Part shown: positions 31,462 to 40,843 of the stretch, piece by piece
Numbering within the stretch: the first letter of the stretch is position 1
Layout: every line of letters starts with the position of its first letter
From: an uncultured delta proteobacterium
Lineage (GTDB): Bacteria > Desulfobacterota > BSN033 > UBA1163
Reading direction: 5' to 3'
Assembly: GCA_963708295.1 (NCBI GenBank)
Contig: CAVPSJ010000004.1
Coordinates: 832,001 to 896,000, forward strand
Length of the DNA: 64,000 bases
The notes under the pieces: model-generated
Seen by the model: only the letters and a program-made list of their open reading frames with translations
Told to the model about the DNA's origin: nothing
Database searches by the model: none
Made by a program: the position numbers and the translations under genes

Positions 31462-33003
31462 CTAAATCCTTCTTTGCTTCTGCCTTCCGTGGGGTATCCT
31501 GAGCTTCCTCATACGGTGCCGGAGGGTACTGGGATTTATGCCCAGCAGTTTGGCGGCCCCGGCCGATCCATGAATTTTCCCTTTGGTCATCTCCAGGGCT
31601 TGCTGAATGTGTTTTGACACGGCGTCATCAAGGTTGGAAAAATCATCCTTTCGTGTTGTCAATTTTCCGTGATCCTCATTGTCATCCGGCCAGACGATGT
31701 TATCGAAAGTTAGGGGCCGGCCTTTGCTCAGAATCAAGGCCCGCTCGATGACATTCTCCAGTTCCCTTACGTTGCCCGGCCAAGCATAACCCATCAGGGG
31801 CGCCATGGCTCCTGGAGCAAGTCTTGGGAGGAGATGCATCTGCAGTTCCTTTGACTTTTTTTCAACAAAATGATCGACTAAAGCAGGGATATCTTCCTTT
31901 CGATCTCTTAATGGCGGGATGGCGATCGGAAAGACATTCAGCCTGAACCACAGATCATCTCGAAATAGTCTTCTCTTGACCATTTCACGGAGGTTTTGGT
32001 GGGTTGCAGCGATGATGCGGATGTCTACCTTGATTTGGCCGGTGCCCCCCACACGATGGATATTCTTATCCTGTAAAACCCGCAACATTCTGACCTGAGC
32101 CTGGAGCGGCAGTTCGCCCACCTCATCCAAAAAGATTGTTCCCCCATCGGCGCGCTCAAAGCAGCCTCGCTTTTGAGAAATGGCGCCGGTAAAAGCACCC
32201 TTTTCATGGCCGAAGAGTTCGCTGTCGATGAGGGTTTCAGGAATGGCCCCGCAATTCACCTGGATGAAGGCGCCGTTCTTGCGACGGGACAAACTGTGGA
32301 TCGCATTCGCGATAATTTCCTTCCCTACCCCTGTCTCTCCCTGCAACAGGACCGGACTGTCCAGAGGAGCGACTTCCCTGACCATTTCCATGACTTCTTT
32401 TAGACCAAAGTCCTCGCCGATCACATCCCCGGAAAAATGCTGAAGTCTGCCCTGGAGATAACGAAGGTCATCCGCCATGATCTCTTTGAGTTGATTCAGC
32501 TCATCATACCGTAGGGAATTCGAGAGGGCGATCGCAAAAGGTTCATACAGGATTGAGTATAATCGCAAATGCTCCTCCGAGTACCGGTCGAGTCCCTCTG
32601 CGAACAGGACCAAGTTCCCAAGTTTTGTTTCTTTGACGGCCAGGTGCATCACCATAATGGAATCGTTCCATCGTCCGGTCCTTTGCACGATCGGTCTTGC
32701 AACCGGATCCATGATCACGCGATTCCGTATCATGACGGGTGGAAGGCCAGGGCCATCGAGGAACCTCTTTCCCTCGTCGTCGAGCGGCAGAACTGTATTG
32801 ACCCTACTGGCCTCTGTGGGGGTGGCTATCGCAATCGTCCTTAATGCACTCAATCCCCGATCATAAAGGCTGAGTTGGAATCTATCCGCTGGCATAAAGG
32901 ATCTCAGGAAGATGAGACAATCCTTCATGGCCAACTCAAAATCGAGATTTCCACAGATGCGCAGCGTAGCCTGGCGGAAGAATTCATTTTCGTCGATCAT
33001 CAT
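31462..33003 (-). CDS. Sigma-54-dependent transcriptional activator (GAF-like, AAA+, Fis HTH)
   Basis: GETGVGKE, ELFGHEKGAFTGA, FLDEVGE, WPGNVREL. Confidence 0.95.
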   Translation of the reverse strand: MMIDENEFFRQATLRICGNLDFELAMKDCLIFLRSFMPADRFQLSLYDRGLSALRTIAIATPTEASRVNTVLPLDDEGKRFLDGPGLPPVMIRNRVIMDPVARPIVQRTGRWNDSIMVMHLAVKETKLGNLVLFAEGLDRYSEEHLRLYSILYEPFAIALSNSLRYDELNQLKEIMADDLRYLQGRLQHFSGDVIGEDFGLKEVMEMVREVAPLDSPVLLQGETGVGKEIIANAIHSLSRRKNGAFIQVNCGAIPETLIDSELFGHEKGAFTGAISQKRGCFERADGGTIFLDEVGELPLQAQVRMLRVLQDKNIHRVGGTGQIKVDIRIIAATHQNLREMVKRRLFRDDLWFRLNVFPIAIPPLRDRKEDIPALVDHFVEKKSKELQMHLLPRLAPGAMAPLMGYAWPGNVRELENVIERALILSKGRPLTFDNIVWPDDNEDHGKLTTRKDDFSNLDDAVSKHIQQALEMTKGKIHGSAGAAKLLGINPSTLRHRMRKLRIPHGRQKQRRI

Positions 33004-33052
33004 ATTTCTAATTCCACCCGAGTCAGAAAAAATTAGGAGATGTTAATTATTT

Positions 33053-33114
33053 ATCATATTTGACAATTTAACGCAAAATCGTCTAATATGACAGGGGATT
33101 GGTCATATTTGACA
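33053..33114. promoter_or_regulatory. Three imperfect palindromes, probable upstream activator sites
   Basis: ATCATATTTGAC, GTCTAATATGAC and GTCATATTTGAC, upstream of an AT-rich tract and the sigma-54 promoter. Confidence 0.6.
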
Positions 33115-33165
33115 AATTCGAAACAACAATATTTTTATGTACTTGATATTACAATATAAAATTAA

Positions 33166-33181
33166 TGGCACATTTTTCGCA
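33166..33181 (+). promoter_or_regulatory. Sigma-54 (-24/-12) promoter
   Basis: TGGCACATTTTTCGCA = GG-N10-GC, divergent from the activator gene. Confidence 0.75.
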
Positions 33182-33384
33182 ATGATCTTTATAGACGTCT
33201 TCATCGCTGTCAATTCATGATCCCGGGCATCACATCTCTTCATGTCCAATCAAAGTTCTGAATCCTGATTTCTATGAGAAGCACTATGCCCAGGGTATGA
33301 TCACCGAAGAATAGAAGGATCACATCAAGGTGTGGCGTCAGGAAAGGTGATGGCGGGAAAACAGCAGGACTGGGAAGGGCTGTT

Positions 33385-34513
33385 GTGAAAGAGGAGACAA
33401 GTTCAAGAAGACGGGAATTCGCGAGCAAAACCCACAGCCTCACGAATAGCGGTCGTCATGTTGTTCTAAGGGGATCACAAGGCAGCAAGGGCAGCCGGAG
33501 AACTTCGAACGGTTCTGCAGATATCCTCCAAAGAACGAAGAAGATCGCTGTTGAGGAACACTGGGCGAATCAGGAGCTGAACGACCTACGGACCGAGTGG
33601 GGGAAGAGAACGAGATACCCCATTACTGTCGATCCAAAGGCCATCGGATACTCCTTCCCCAGGGCGCCGGACTTCGAGAAATTCCGTCTTCCTTTCATGG
33701 ACGAATTCGGCATCTGCCCTGCAGGTCATTTCAACAGGCTCCCCCGGCATTCAGGGGTACGCCGACGCGCAGACCGCCGTCACCAAGGCAAAGCAGATCA
33801 ACGATACACAGGCAGAAATCATTCGGAAGTACCCCGGACGCTTTGCGGGTTTTGCGGGCTTGCCCACCCAGGACCCGAAGGCCGCCGCCGATGAGCTCGA
33901 GCGGGCGGTGAAACAGTTGGGATTCAAGGGCGCCATGATACAGGGCAGCACCAACTGGGAGTATCTCGACGACGCGAAGTACTGGGTGATCTGGGAGACG
34001 GGCAGAAGCCCTGGAAGTGCCCATCTATCTGCATGTGCAGGAGCCTTCTTTTGATTCGGCAAAGTATACGCGGGACACCCCGAACTGACCGGTGCTACCT
34101 GGGCCTGGGGGGTCGAGACGGGCACTCATGCGCTCCGTATCATCAACGCCGGGGTCTTCGACGCATTCCCCAAGGCCACACTGATTCTGGGACACCTCGG
34201 TGAATCTCTTCCATATCTCCTTGGCCGTCTGGATGAGGGGTACGTCATGGCTGCCAAGAGCGGCAGAAAGCTCCAGAAGCGGCTTTCCGAATACATCAGG
34301 AGTAACATTCTCGTCACGACGAGCGGCCTCTACAGACCGGAGGCGCTGTTGTGCGCGATAAGCGCCATGGGCGAGGACCGCGTCCTCTATTCCATGGACT
34401 ATCCCTTTGTGCATCCCAAGGCCTCCATCGACTGTTTTGAGAGCACTCCAATGAGCGATGAAGTGCGAGAGAAGATAGCACACCTGAATGCTGAACGATG
34501 GTTGAAGCTTTAG
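33385..34513 (+). CDS. Amidohydrolase-2 family protein, aromatic acid decarboxylase (LigW / gamma-resorcylate type)-like; frameshifts near 33715 and 34000-34080; start uncertain
   Basis: KIAVEEHW, PGRFAGFAGLPTQDP.AAADELER, PIYLH, GHLGESLP, VTTSG, RVLYSMDYPF. Confidence 0.85.
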
Positions 34514-34769
34514 GGAGGCATGCCTGCCGGACGGCGAAATCCTGTGACCGGACAGTGAGAAGGAGGCTGGTAGCCTTTTTGAGAGGAGGAACCACTATAA
34601 TCTACCGATCCAGTTCCAACCCAGAACGATGACGGGCGGAACCCGGTTTTTTGGAGATAGAAAAGTTGCGGAGAAAGGGGGTGTTCATTCTTCTCAAGAA
34701 CAAGAAAATCAAATCTCGGACGGAGTGGCTGTAATCATTAATTAAGCAATATTACAAAGGAGGCATGTC

Positions 34770-35969
34770 ATGAGGAAAAAGCAATGGATCGGAATTACGC
34801 TGTGTATTTGTCTGATGCTATGGGTGGCTTTAGCGCCCGCGTATGCTCAGCCGGCAGCACCCAAGGCCATAAAGATTGGGATTATGATTTCCATGACCGG
34901 TCCCGATGCCGCGATCGGAAGGCCGGCCAAAGACGGTTACGAAATGGCAGCGGCAAAAATCAATAAGGACGGCGGTGTTTTCGTCAAGGAATACGGCAAA
35001 AAAATACCTCTTGAAATTTCAATCCTGGATATGGAGACCAACCCGGAGAAGGCGATCGCCCGAGCGGAGGCATTCAATCAACAAGGCGCTTCTATTGTCT
35101 GCGGCACGACCATGATGAGTGGGTCTTCCGATGTCTTTGAAAAGAATAAGTTACCTGCCATCACCTCATTGGTGACCAATGTCGCGCTTTGGGAGAGGGG
35201 CTTTAAGTACTATTTTGGTCTCAGTAAGCTCAACGATGGGATCGTCAATGCAGTCTTCGGTGCCTTCGGAAAAATCCCCAAGGATCAAAGGCCAACCAAG
35301 TGGGCCATGTGGCAAGAGCAAACCGATTGGATCGCTGAGATGTTCAATCTCGCGAAAGAGAAAGCGGCGGCAGCAGGGATTACCTTCGTATCCCATAACA
35401 ATTATCAGGTGCTAACTCCGGATATGAGCAAGCTCATCCTTGAGGCAAAAAAGGCCGGTGCAGAGGTGGTCTTTTCCGGGCCCGTCCCTCCGGATTGCAT
35501 TACGATGCTTAAGCAGATGAAGGAGCTTGATTATAATCCAAAAGCCATCATTATGATCAGGGGGTCCGACGATCCCGTCTGGGTGAAGATGACAGGCGCC
35601 ATGGGTGATTATGTCATCGGATGTCCTGACTGGCATCCTGCGCTAAACTACCCCGGCGTGAAGGAATTGAATGCCGAATACAAGGCCAAGTTTGGAACGG
35701 AAACTCACATTGTTGTCGGGAATGCCTATGCCTCGATTCAGGTCGCAGCCGCGGCGATCGAGAAAGCCGGCACGCTGGACAGAACGAAAATCAGGGATGC
35801 GATTGCCAGCATCGATGTACCGACCGTTTTTGGACAGATCAAGTTTAATGAGAAATGCCGGCGAATCAATGCTCCCCTTGTCGTTACGCAATGGCAGAAG
35901 GGAAAAATGGAGATGGTCTGGCCGGATGACATGAAGTCAAAGGCAATGATTTATCCCCGACCCAAGTAG
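34770..35969 (+). CDS. ABC transporter substrate-binding protein (Leu/Ile/Val family)
   Basis: Signal peptide, AIEKAGTLD, TVFGQIKF, QWQKGK. Confidence 0.92.
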   Translation: MRKKQWIGITLCICLMLWVALAPAYAQPAAPKAIKIGIMISMTGPDAAIGRPAKDGYEMAAAKINKDGGVFVKEYGKKIPLEISILDMETNPEKAIARAEAFNQQGASIVCGTTMMSGSSDVFEKNKLPAITSLVTNVALWERGFKYYFGLSKLNDGIVNAVFGAFGKIPKDQRPTKWAMWQEQTDWIAEMFNLAKEKAAAAGITFVSHNNYQVLTPDMSKLILEAKKAGAEVVFSGPVPPDCITMLKQMKELDYNPKAIIMIRGSDDPVWVKMTGAMGDYVIGCPDWHPALNYPGVKELNAEYKAKFGTETHIVVGNAYASIQVAAAAIEKAGTLDRTKIRDAIASIDVPTVFGQIKFNEKCRRINAPLVVTQWQKGKMEMVWPDDMKSKAMIYPRPK

Positions 35970-35986
35970 CATGTCATAAATTTCGT

Positions 35987-36026
35987 GCATTCCAACCGCT
36001 GAGTTTCGCGGTTGGAATGCTTTCTT
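35987..36026 (+). terminator. Stem-loop after the binding-protein gene (terminator or mRNA stabiliser)
   Basis: 13-bp stem GCATTCCAACCGC/GCGGTTGGAATGC followed by TTTCTT. Confidence 0.65.
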
Positions 36027-36052
36027 ATTGAGCTGTAAAGATCGAACGGATT

Positions 36053-36378
36053 CTAAATCCGAAGCACGGAATACGAAATTCGAAACAAAAAAGATGTCGA
36101 ATCCTAAACTCGAAACCCCTGCCTTCGCCGGAGCGGCTTCGCACAGGCAGGCTAAACTCTAAACAAACCCATTCGACAGGGCCCATGGCCCTGAGTCTTA
36201 TCGAAGGGTCAAATGTCCCTGCCTACCGGCAGGCAGGCAAAGCACAAACTCAAAACCATATGACTTAGAAAATATTCGGTTTAATTTTTGAGCAGTCAAA
36301 ATTACTTTTTGAGTTTTATATTTAGGATTTAGAGTTTAATGTTTAGAGTTTGAACAAATTCGGATTTCGGATTTTTTG
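36053..36378. repeat. Composite intergenic element: ~7-nt periodic A-rich and T-rich arms with embedded REP-like hairpins
   Basis: AAATCCGAAGCACGGAATACGAAATTCGAAAC ... TTCGGATTTCGGATTT; related to 45652-45800. Confidence 0.6.
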
Positions 36379-36449
36379 AGGTCCTATTGCTTCCGGCCGG
36401 GACGGGTCAGGTCAAAAGACGCCCATCGGCCACAACACGCAAGTAAGAC

Positions 36450-37181
36450 ATGAAATTGCTTGAAGTAGACAACGTTTCGAAAGCGTTTGGCGGTGTGCTT
36501 GCTGTCAATCGGGTGAGCTTTCATCTCGACCAGGGAGAGGTGCTGGGACTGATTGGTCCTAACGGAGCGGGCAAAAGCACGCTGTTCAACATCATATCGG
36601 GGATTTTCAAGCCGAACACAGGTACGGTGAGGTTCAATAATAAAGATATCACCGGGATGGCTCCTTATAAGATATGCGAGAGCGGGATAGCCCGGACCTT
36701 CCAGTTGGTTAAACCTTTCAGCCGGTTAACTTCACTGGAAAACGTGATGGTAGGAAGAGCTTACGGCAGCCATCCGGCTCGGGATACAAGAGAGGCCCGC
36801 ATCGAATCGGAGCAGATATTGGCTTTTACCCGCTTGGCAAACAAACAGACAAGGACGGCGGGCATGCTTAGCCTGGTGGACCGGAAGCGGTTGGAAATTG
36901 CCCGAGCCCTGGCCACGAAACCTAAGTTGCTCTTACTGGATGAGATGATGGCAGGTTTGAACCCGGCAGAGCTGGATGATGCGATTGCGCTGGTGAAGTC
37001 AATCAGAGATTCGGGCATCAGCCTCATCGTTGTTGAACATGTCATGAAAGTGATCATGGGGATTTCGGACAGGGTCATTGTGCTGAAGACCGGCGAGAAA
37101 ATAGCGGATGGCACCCCTCAGGAGATTGTCTCCAATCGCGAGGTTGTGAAGGCCTATTTAGGAGGAGAAGTCTCGTGTTAA
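36450..37181 (+). CDS. ABC transporter ATP-binding protein (LivG-like)
   Basis: GPNGAGKST, GIARTFQ, LLLLDE. Confidence 0.93.
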   Translation: MKLLEVDNVSKAFGGVLAVNRVSFHLDQGEVLGLIGPNGAGKSTLFNIISGIFKPNTGTVRFNNKDITGMAPYKICESGIARTFQLVKPFSRLTSLENVMVGRAYGSHPARDTREARIESEQILAFTRLANKQTRTAGMLSLVDRKRLEIARALATKPKLLLLDEMMAGLNPAELDDAIALVKSIRDSGISLIVVEHVMKVIMGISDRVIVLKTGEKIADGTPQEIVSNREVVKAYLGGEVSC

Positions 37182-37885
37182 AGATTACCCATATCGATGT
37201 CTATTATGGTGACCTTCAGGCATTATGGGATGTCTCGCTGACGATCGGAGAAGGGGAAATCGTGACGCTGGTTGGTTCCAATGGCGCGGGCAAGAGCACC
37301 CTCATGAATACCATCTCAGGGTTACTCAAAATTCGAGCCGGATCCATTGAATTTCGTGGCATTCGCCTCGACAGCTTGCCTGCACACTCAATTGTAGAAC
37401 ATGGCATTTCCATGGTTCCTGAGGGAAGAAGAATATTCCCGCAGATGAGTGTCCTGGAGAACCTGGAGATGGGTGCTTCGATTCACGCAGCGCGCAAGGT
37501 AAGGCAAAAAACGCTCAAAGAGATCTATGAGGTCTTTCCGATTTTGGGAGAGAGAGCCAAACAAAGGGCGGGGACGCTGAGCGGGGGAGAGCAACAGATG
37601 TTAGCCATCGGCAGGGCCCTGATGTCACAACCGAAGGGTCTCTTAATCGATGAAATGTCCCTGGGTTTGAGCCCTCTTGTGGTGCAAGAACTCTCCCGTG
37701 TTATTCAGAGCATCAATAAGGCAAACCATTTGACCATTTTCGTTGTCGAGCAGGATGTGCCACTGGCTTTATCGATGGCTCACCGTGGTTATGTGATAGA
37801 AAATGGGCGTATTATAGACCAGGGTGACGCGAAGTCTCTGTTATGCAGTGCACGTATTAAAGAGGCCTATTTGGGGGCGGCGTAG
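37175..37885 (+). CDS. ABC transporter ATP-binding protein (LivF-like)
   Basis: GSNGAGKST, VPEGRRIF, LSGGEQQML. Confidence 0.93.
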   Translation: MLKITHIDVYYGDLQALWDVSLTIGEGEIVTLVGSNGAGKSTLMNTISGLLKIRAGSIEFRGIRLDSLPAHSIVEHGISMVPEGRRIFPQMSVLENLEMGASIHAARKVRQKTLKEIYEVFPILGERAKQRAGTLSGGEQQMLAIGRALMSQPKGLLIDEMSLGLSPLVVQELSRVIQSINKANHLTIFVVEQDVPLALSMAHRGYVIENGRIIDQGDAKSLLCSARIKEAYLGAA

Positions 37886-37904
37886 AGAAGAGGGAAGTGG
37901 GTCT

Positions 37905-38792
37905 ATGGAAATCGTATTCCAGACGATGGCCAATGGTTTGTTGGTCGGGGCTCTCTACGGGCTGGTCGCGCTTGGGTTTGCTCTGCTGATGGGCGTCATG
38001 AAATTCCTCAATACGGCTCATGGGACATTCATCATCCTGGGTGGCTATCTGAGCTACTGGCTCCTGGAGCTTTGGGGGATTGACCCATTCCTTTCGCTAC
38101 CCTTGGTCGTCATGGCCATGTTCCTCATCGGGATCGTCTTCTATAAGCTGGCTCTTTCGCCCTTGCTGAAATTACCGAACATCGGAATGCGAATTAACAC
38201 TTCCATGCTGATTACCTTTGGCTCGATCTGGGTCCTGGATAACACGATGACCTTGCTCTGGACCCCTGATGTCCGAAGTATCATGACCTCCTACACCGGA
38301 CAGACCTTAAAGCTTCTCGGCGTTAGATTCAGCCTCACCGGTCTCGGCGGAGTGGGCGTTGCTGTTCTGGTGGCATTGGCGCTCTATTTTATTCTCAGCG
38401 GGACTTATTTTGGCAAACATATCCGGGCGGCGACGCAGGATGCTGTCGCAGCCAGCCTCTGTGGAATCAACGTTCAACGTACCTATTTATTTTCATGTGG
38501 CATAGCGATCGCGCTGGCAGGCGTGGCCGGGATGGTGGTCGTTTCAAGTTATTCCATCAGCTCGACCGCCGGCATCGGTTGGCTATCCTCAGCGTTTGTG
38601 GTCATGGTTCTTGCGGGTGAAGGAAACATCAATGCCATTATTCCTGCCGGTATGCTCCTGGGGCTGATTGAGTCGGCAGGTCTTCTGGTGGTGGGGGTTT
38701 CGTACCGCCAGGCGATCGCGCTGATCGTCTTTATCATCGTCCTCATGATCAAACCCCAGGGATTGTTCGCCAAAAAGGAGTATGGATCCTGA
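37905..38792 (+). CDS. ABC transporter permease (LivH-like)
   Basis: GALYGLVALG, NTAHG, FGKHIRA..QD, KPQGLF. Confidence 0.92.
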   Translation: MEIVFQTMANGLLVGALYGLVALGFALLMGVMKFLNTAHGTFIILGGYLSYWLLELWGIDPFLSLPLVVMAMFLIGIVFYKLALSPLLKLPNIGMRINTSMLITFGSIWVLDNTMTLLWTPDVRSIMTSYTGQTLKLLGVRFSLTGLGGVGVAVLVALALYFILSGTYFGKHIRAATQDAVAASLCGINVQRTYLFSCGIAIALAGVAGMVVVSSYSISSTAGIGWLSSAFVVMVLAGEGNINAIIPAGMLLGLIESAGLLVVGVSYRQAIALIVFIIVLMIKPQGLFAKKEYGS

Positions 38793-39727
38793 TGAATTGG
38801 AAGAAACTGTCCATCCTCGGGGTTTTGGTCATGGTGTTTCTGATTCCTCCTTTGATTTGGGATATCGGAACCAGTGTCCTGAATCTGCTGATCATGCTGT
38901 TTATCTATATCATCCTCGCTCAGAGCTGGAACCTGATGGGAGGCTATACAGGACAGATTAATCTGGGTCTGGCTGCTTTCTTTGGTTGCGGGACGCTGGT
39001 GACGCATTTCATCTGGAAGGCTGGGGTCCCCTTTTATCTGGCGATGACAGCGGGTGGAGTCGCTGCCATGTTGTTGGCCGTGGTGATTGGTTTGCCTACC
39101 CTCAGGTTGAAAGGGATGTATTTTGGCATAGGGACGTTCGCATTGGCAGAGGTGTGCCGAATCGTGGTGGGGAGCACTTTCCATCGGATGCTTAAGATGC
39201 CCAGTTCCTATGTTGCTTCCTATAGCCTTGTTTCCCGTTATTACGTTGCCTTTGTTGTAGCCGTCCTGGCAATCGTCATCGTTTACCTGGTGACCCATTC
39301 AAAGCTGGGACTGGGAATGGTTGCGGTTCGGGACGACGAAACAGCAGCCCAGGTGACCGGTGTCAACACGTTCAAATGTAAGGTGTTGGCATTATTCATC
39401 AGCGCACTGTTGGCCGGACTGGCCGGGGGCGTCTTCGCTTACTTGCGGCTTTCCTTCCATTACATCTTCATGATGTTCAGTCCTGTCTGGACGTTTGAAC
39501 CCCTCATGGCAGCGATCATCGGCGGTGCCGGCACATTAGCGGGACCGATTATAGGCAGCATTTTCCTGGTCATCCTTTCAGAGATCTTTGCGCTTAAATT
39601 GGGAGAAACACATCTCATCATATTCGGGTTTCTGTTCATTCTGGTCGTGATGTACTTCCCCTCCGGACTGGTCGGGTCTATAGACCAAATTCGGCAGAAG
39701 ATAAGTGGTGTTGGCCGGAAGAGCTAA
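38792..39727 (+). CDS. ABC transporter permease (LivM-like)
   Basis: SWNLMGGYTGQINLG, LRLKGMYF, AVRDDE, IIGGAGT..GP. Confidence 0.92.
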   Translation: MNWKKLSILGVLVMVFLIPPLIWDIGTSVLNLLIMLFIYIILAQSWNLMGGYTGQINLGLAAFFGCGTLVTHFIWKAGVPFYLAMTAGGVAAMLLAVVIGLPTLRLKGMYFGIGTFALAEVCRIVVGSTFHRMLKMPSSYVASYSLVSRYYVAFVVAVLAIVIVYLVTHSKLGLGMVAVRDDETAAQVTGVNTFKCKVLALFISALLAGLAGGVFAYLRLSFHYIFMMFSPVWTFEPLMAAIIGGAGTLAGPIIGSIFLVILSEIFALKLGETHLIIFGFLFILVVMYFPSGLVGSIDQIRQKISGVGRKS

Positions 39728-39777
39728 TCTGAAAGGAAAACGGATTGTTTTCTTACGACAACTCAAGGAGGGTTGAA

Positions 39778-40692
39778 GTGATTCCAAAGAAAAAGATTAT
39801 TGGCTTATCCTGTGGAAGAGTGAACGGCAACAGTGAAATTCTTTTAAAGGAAGCTGTGATGGGAGCGGAGGAGATCGGAGTCCAATCAGAAATCATCCGC
39901 GCCATGGAGCTGAGAGTCAAACACTGCACGGGTTGTGAAGCCTGCTCCATGGCCATGGCCCGGGGAAAGGAATCAAGATGCGCGATCAAAGACGATGATG
40001 TCGAGTGGATTCTGGAAAAGGTCCTGGTGGAGGATTGCGGTCTCATCGTCAGTACCCCGGTCTATCATTTAAGGTCCAACGGATGTTTTGAGATTATTAA
40101 TGAGCGAATGCTTCCAACGATGTTCAGGAATCCGGGGATTCTGAAAAAGACAAGAGTAGGAGCGATCATTTCTGTCGGCGGGGGGGAGCCCGAATGGACC
40201 CCCTTAGGGCTCACATCGGCCAATATCTTTGTCCAACATACCCGAAAACTGGTCGATCAAATCCAGGTGAATTTCGTGGGACGCCCGGGCGCTGTTTTGG
40301 CGAGACCGGAGGTCCTCCAGCGGGCCAGGGAATTGGGACGAAGAGTTGCCAGGGCAATGAAGGTGCCGATTGAAGAAGTGAAATACTTGGGCGAAGACAA
40401 AGACGTTTCTTGCCCGGTCTGCCACTGCAACGTCGTGCAGGTGTTTGAGAAATTGCCGGATGTCTACTGCCCGGTATGCTGGGTCCATGGTGTCCTATCT
40501 GCCGAGGGAGGCAAAATGAAGGTGAAGTGGAACGAAGAGGATGCAAAGCATCCCCGGTTTTCCGAAAAAGGGGTTTTCACGCATTTGGAATTGATCAAAA
40601 ACCTTCAGAAAAAATTCTTTACAGAAGATCAGGACAAAGTCAAAGCACTGATGCCAAAATATACAGCGTACGGCAACATTGTAAAACCCTAA
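39778..40692 (+). CDS. Extended iron-sulfur flavoprotein with a C-terminal CxxC..CxxC domain
   Basis: GLSCGR..GNSE, CTGCEAC...C, CPVCHC...CPVCW. Confidence 0.85.
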   Translation: MIPKKKIIGLSCGRVNGNSEILLKEAVMGAEEIGVQSEIIRAMELRVKHCTGCEACSMAMARGKESRCAIKDDDVEWILEKVLVEDCGLIVSTPVYHLRSNGCFEIINERMLPTMFRNPGILKKTRVGAIISVGGGEPEWTPLGLTSANIFVQHTRKLVDQIQVNFVGRPGAVLARPEVLQRARELGRRVARAMKVPIEEVKYLGEDKDVSCPVCHCNVVQVFEKLPDVYCPVCWVHGVLSAEGGKMKVKWNEEDAKHPRFSEKGVFTHLELIKNLQKKFFTEDQDKVKALMPKYTAYGNIVKP

Positions 40693-40793
40693 CCCCACTC
40701 CCACCCCACCCTTCCCCTCCCCCTGAAGGGGAGGGAAATCGCTATCTTCCTCCCCCTTCAAGGGGGAGGTTAGGAGGGGGATGGGATTTGTCG
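40690..40793. repeat. GC-rich REP-like double hairpin; inverted copy of the core of 13248-13336
   Basis: CCCCACCCTTCCCCTCCCCCTGAAGGGGAGGG ... CCTCCCCCTTCAAGGGGGAGGTTAGG. Confidence 0.75.
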
Positions 40794-40843
40794 AAGTAGT
40801 ATAATTATGTCTTCTCAAAGATGGACTTATTTGTAGCTGTTAA

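Noticed and set aside
33385-33530. Tat signal on the amidohydrolase (SRRREF)
   Set aside because: No hydrophobic segment follows, and the start site is uncertain
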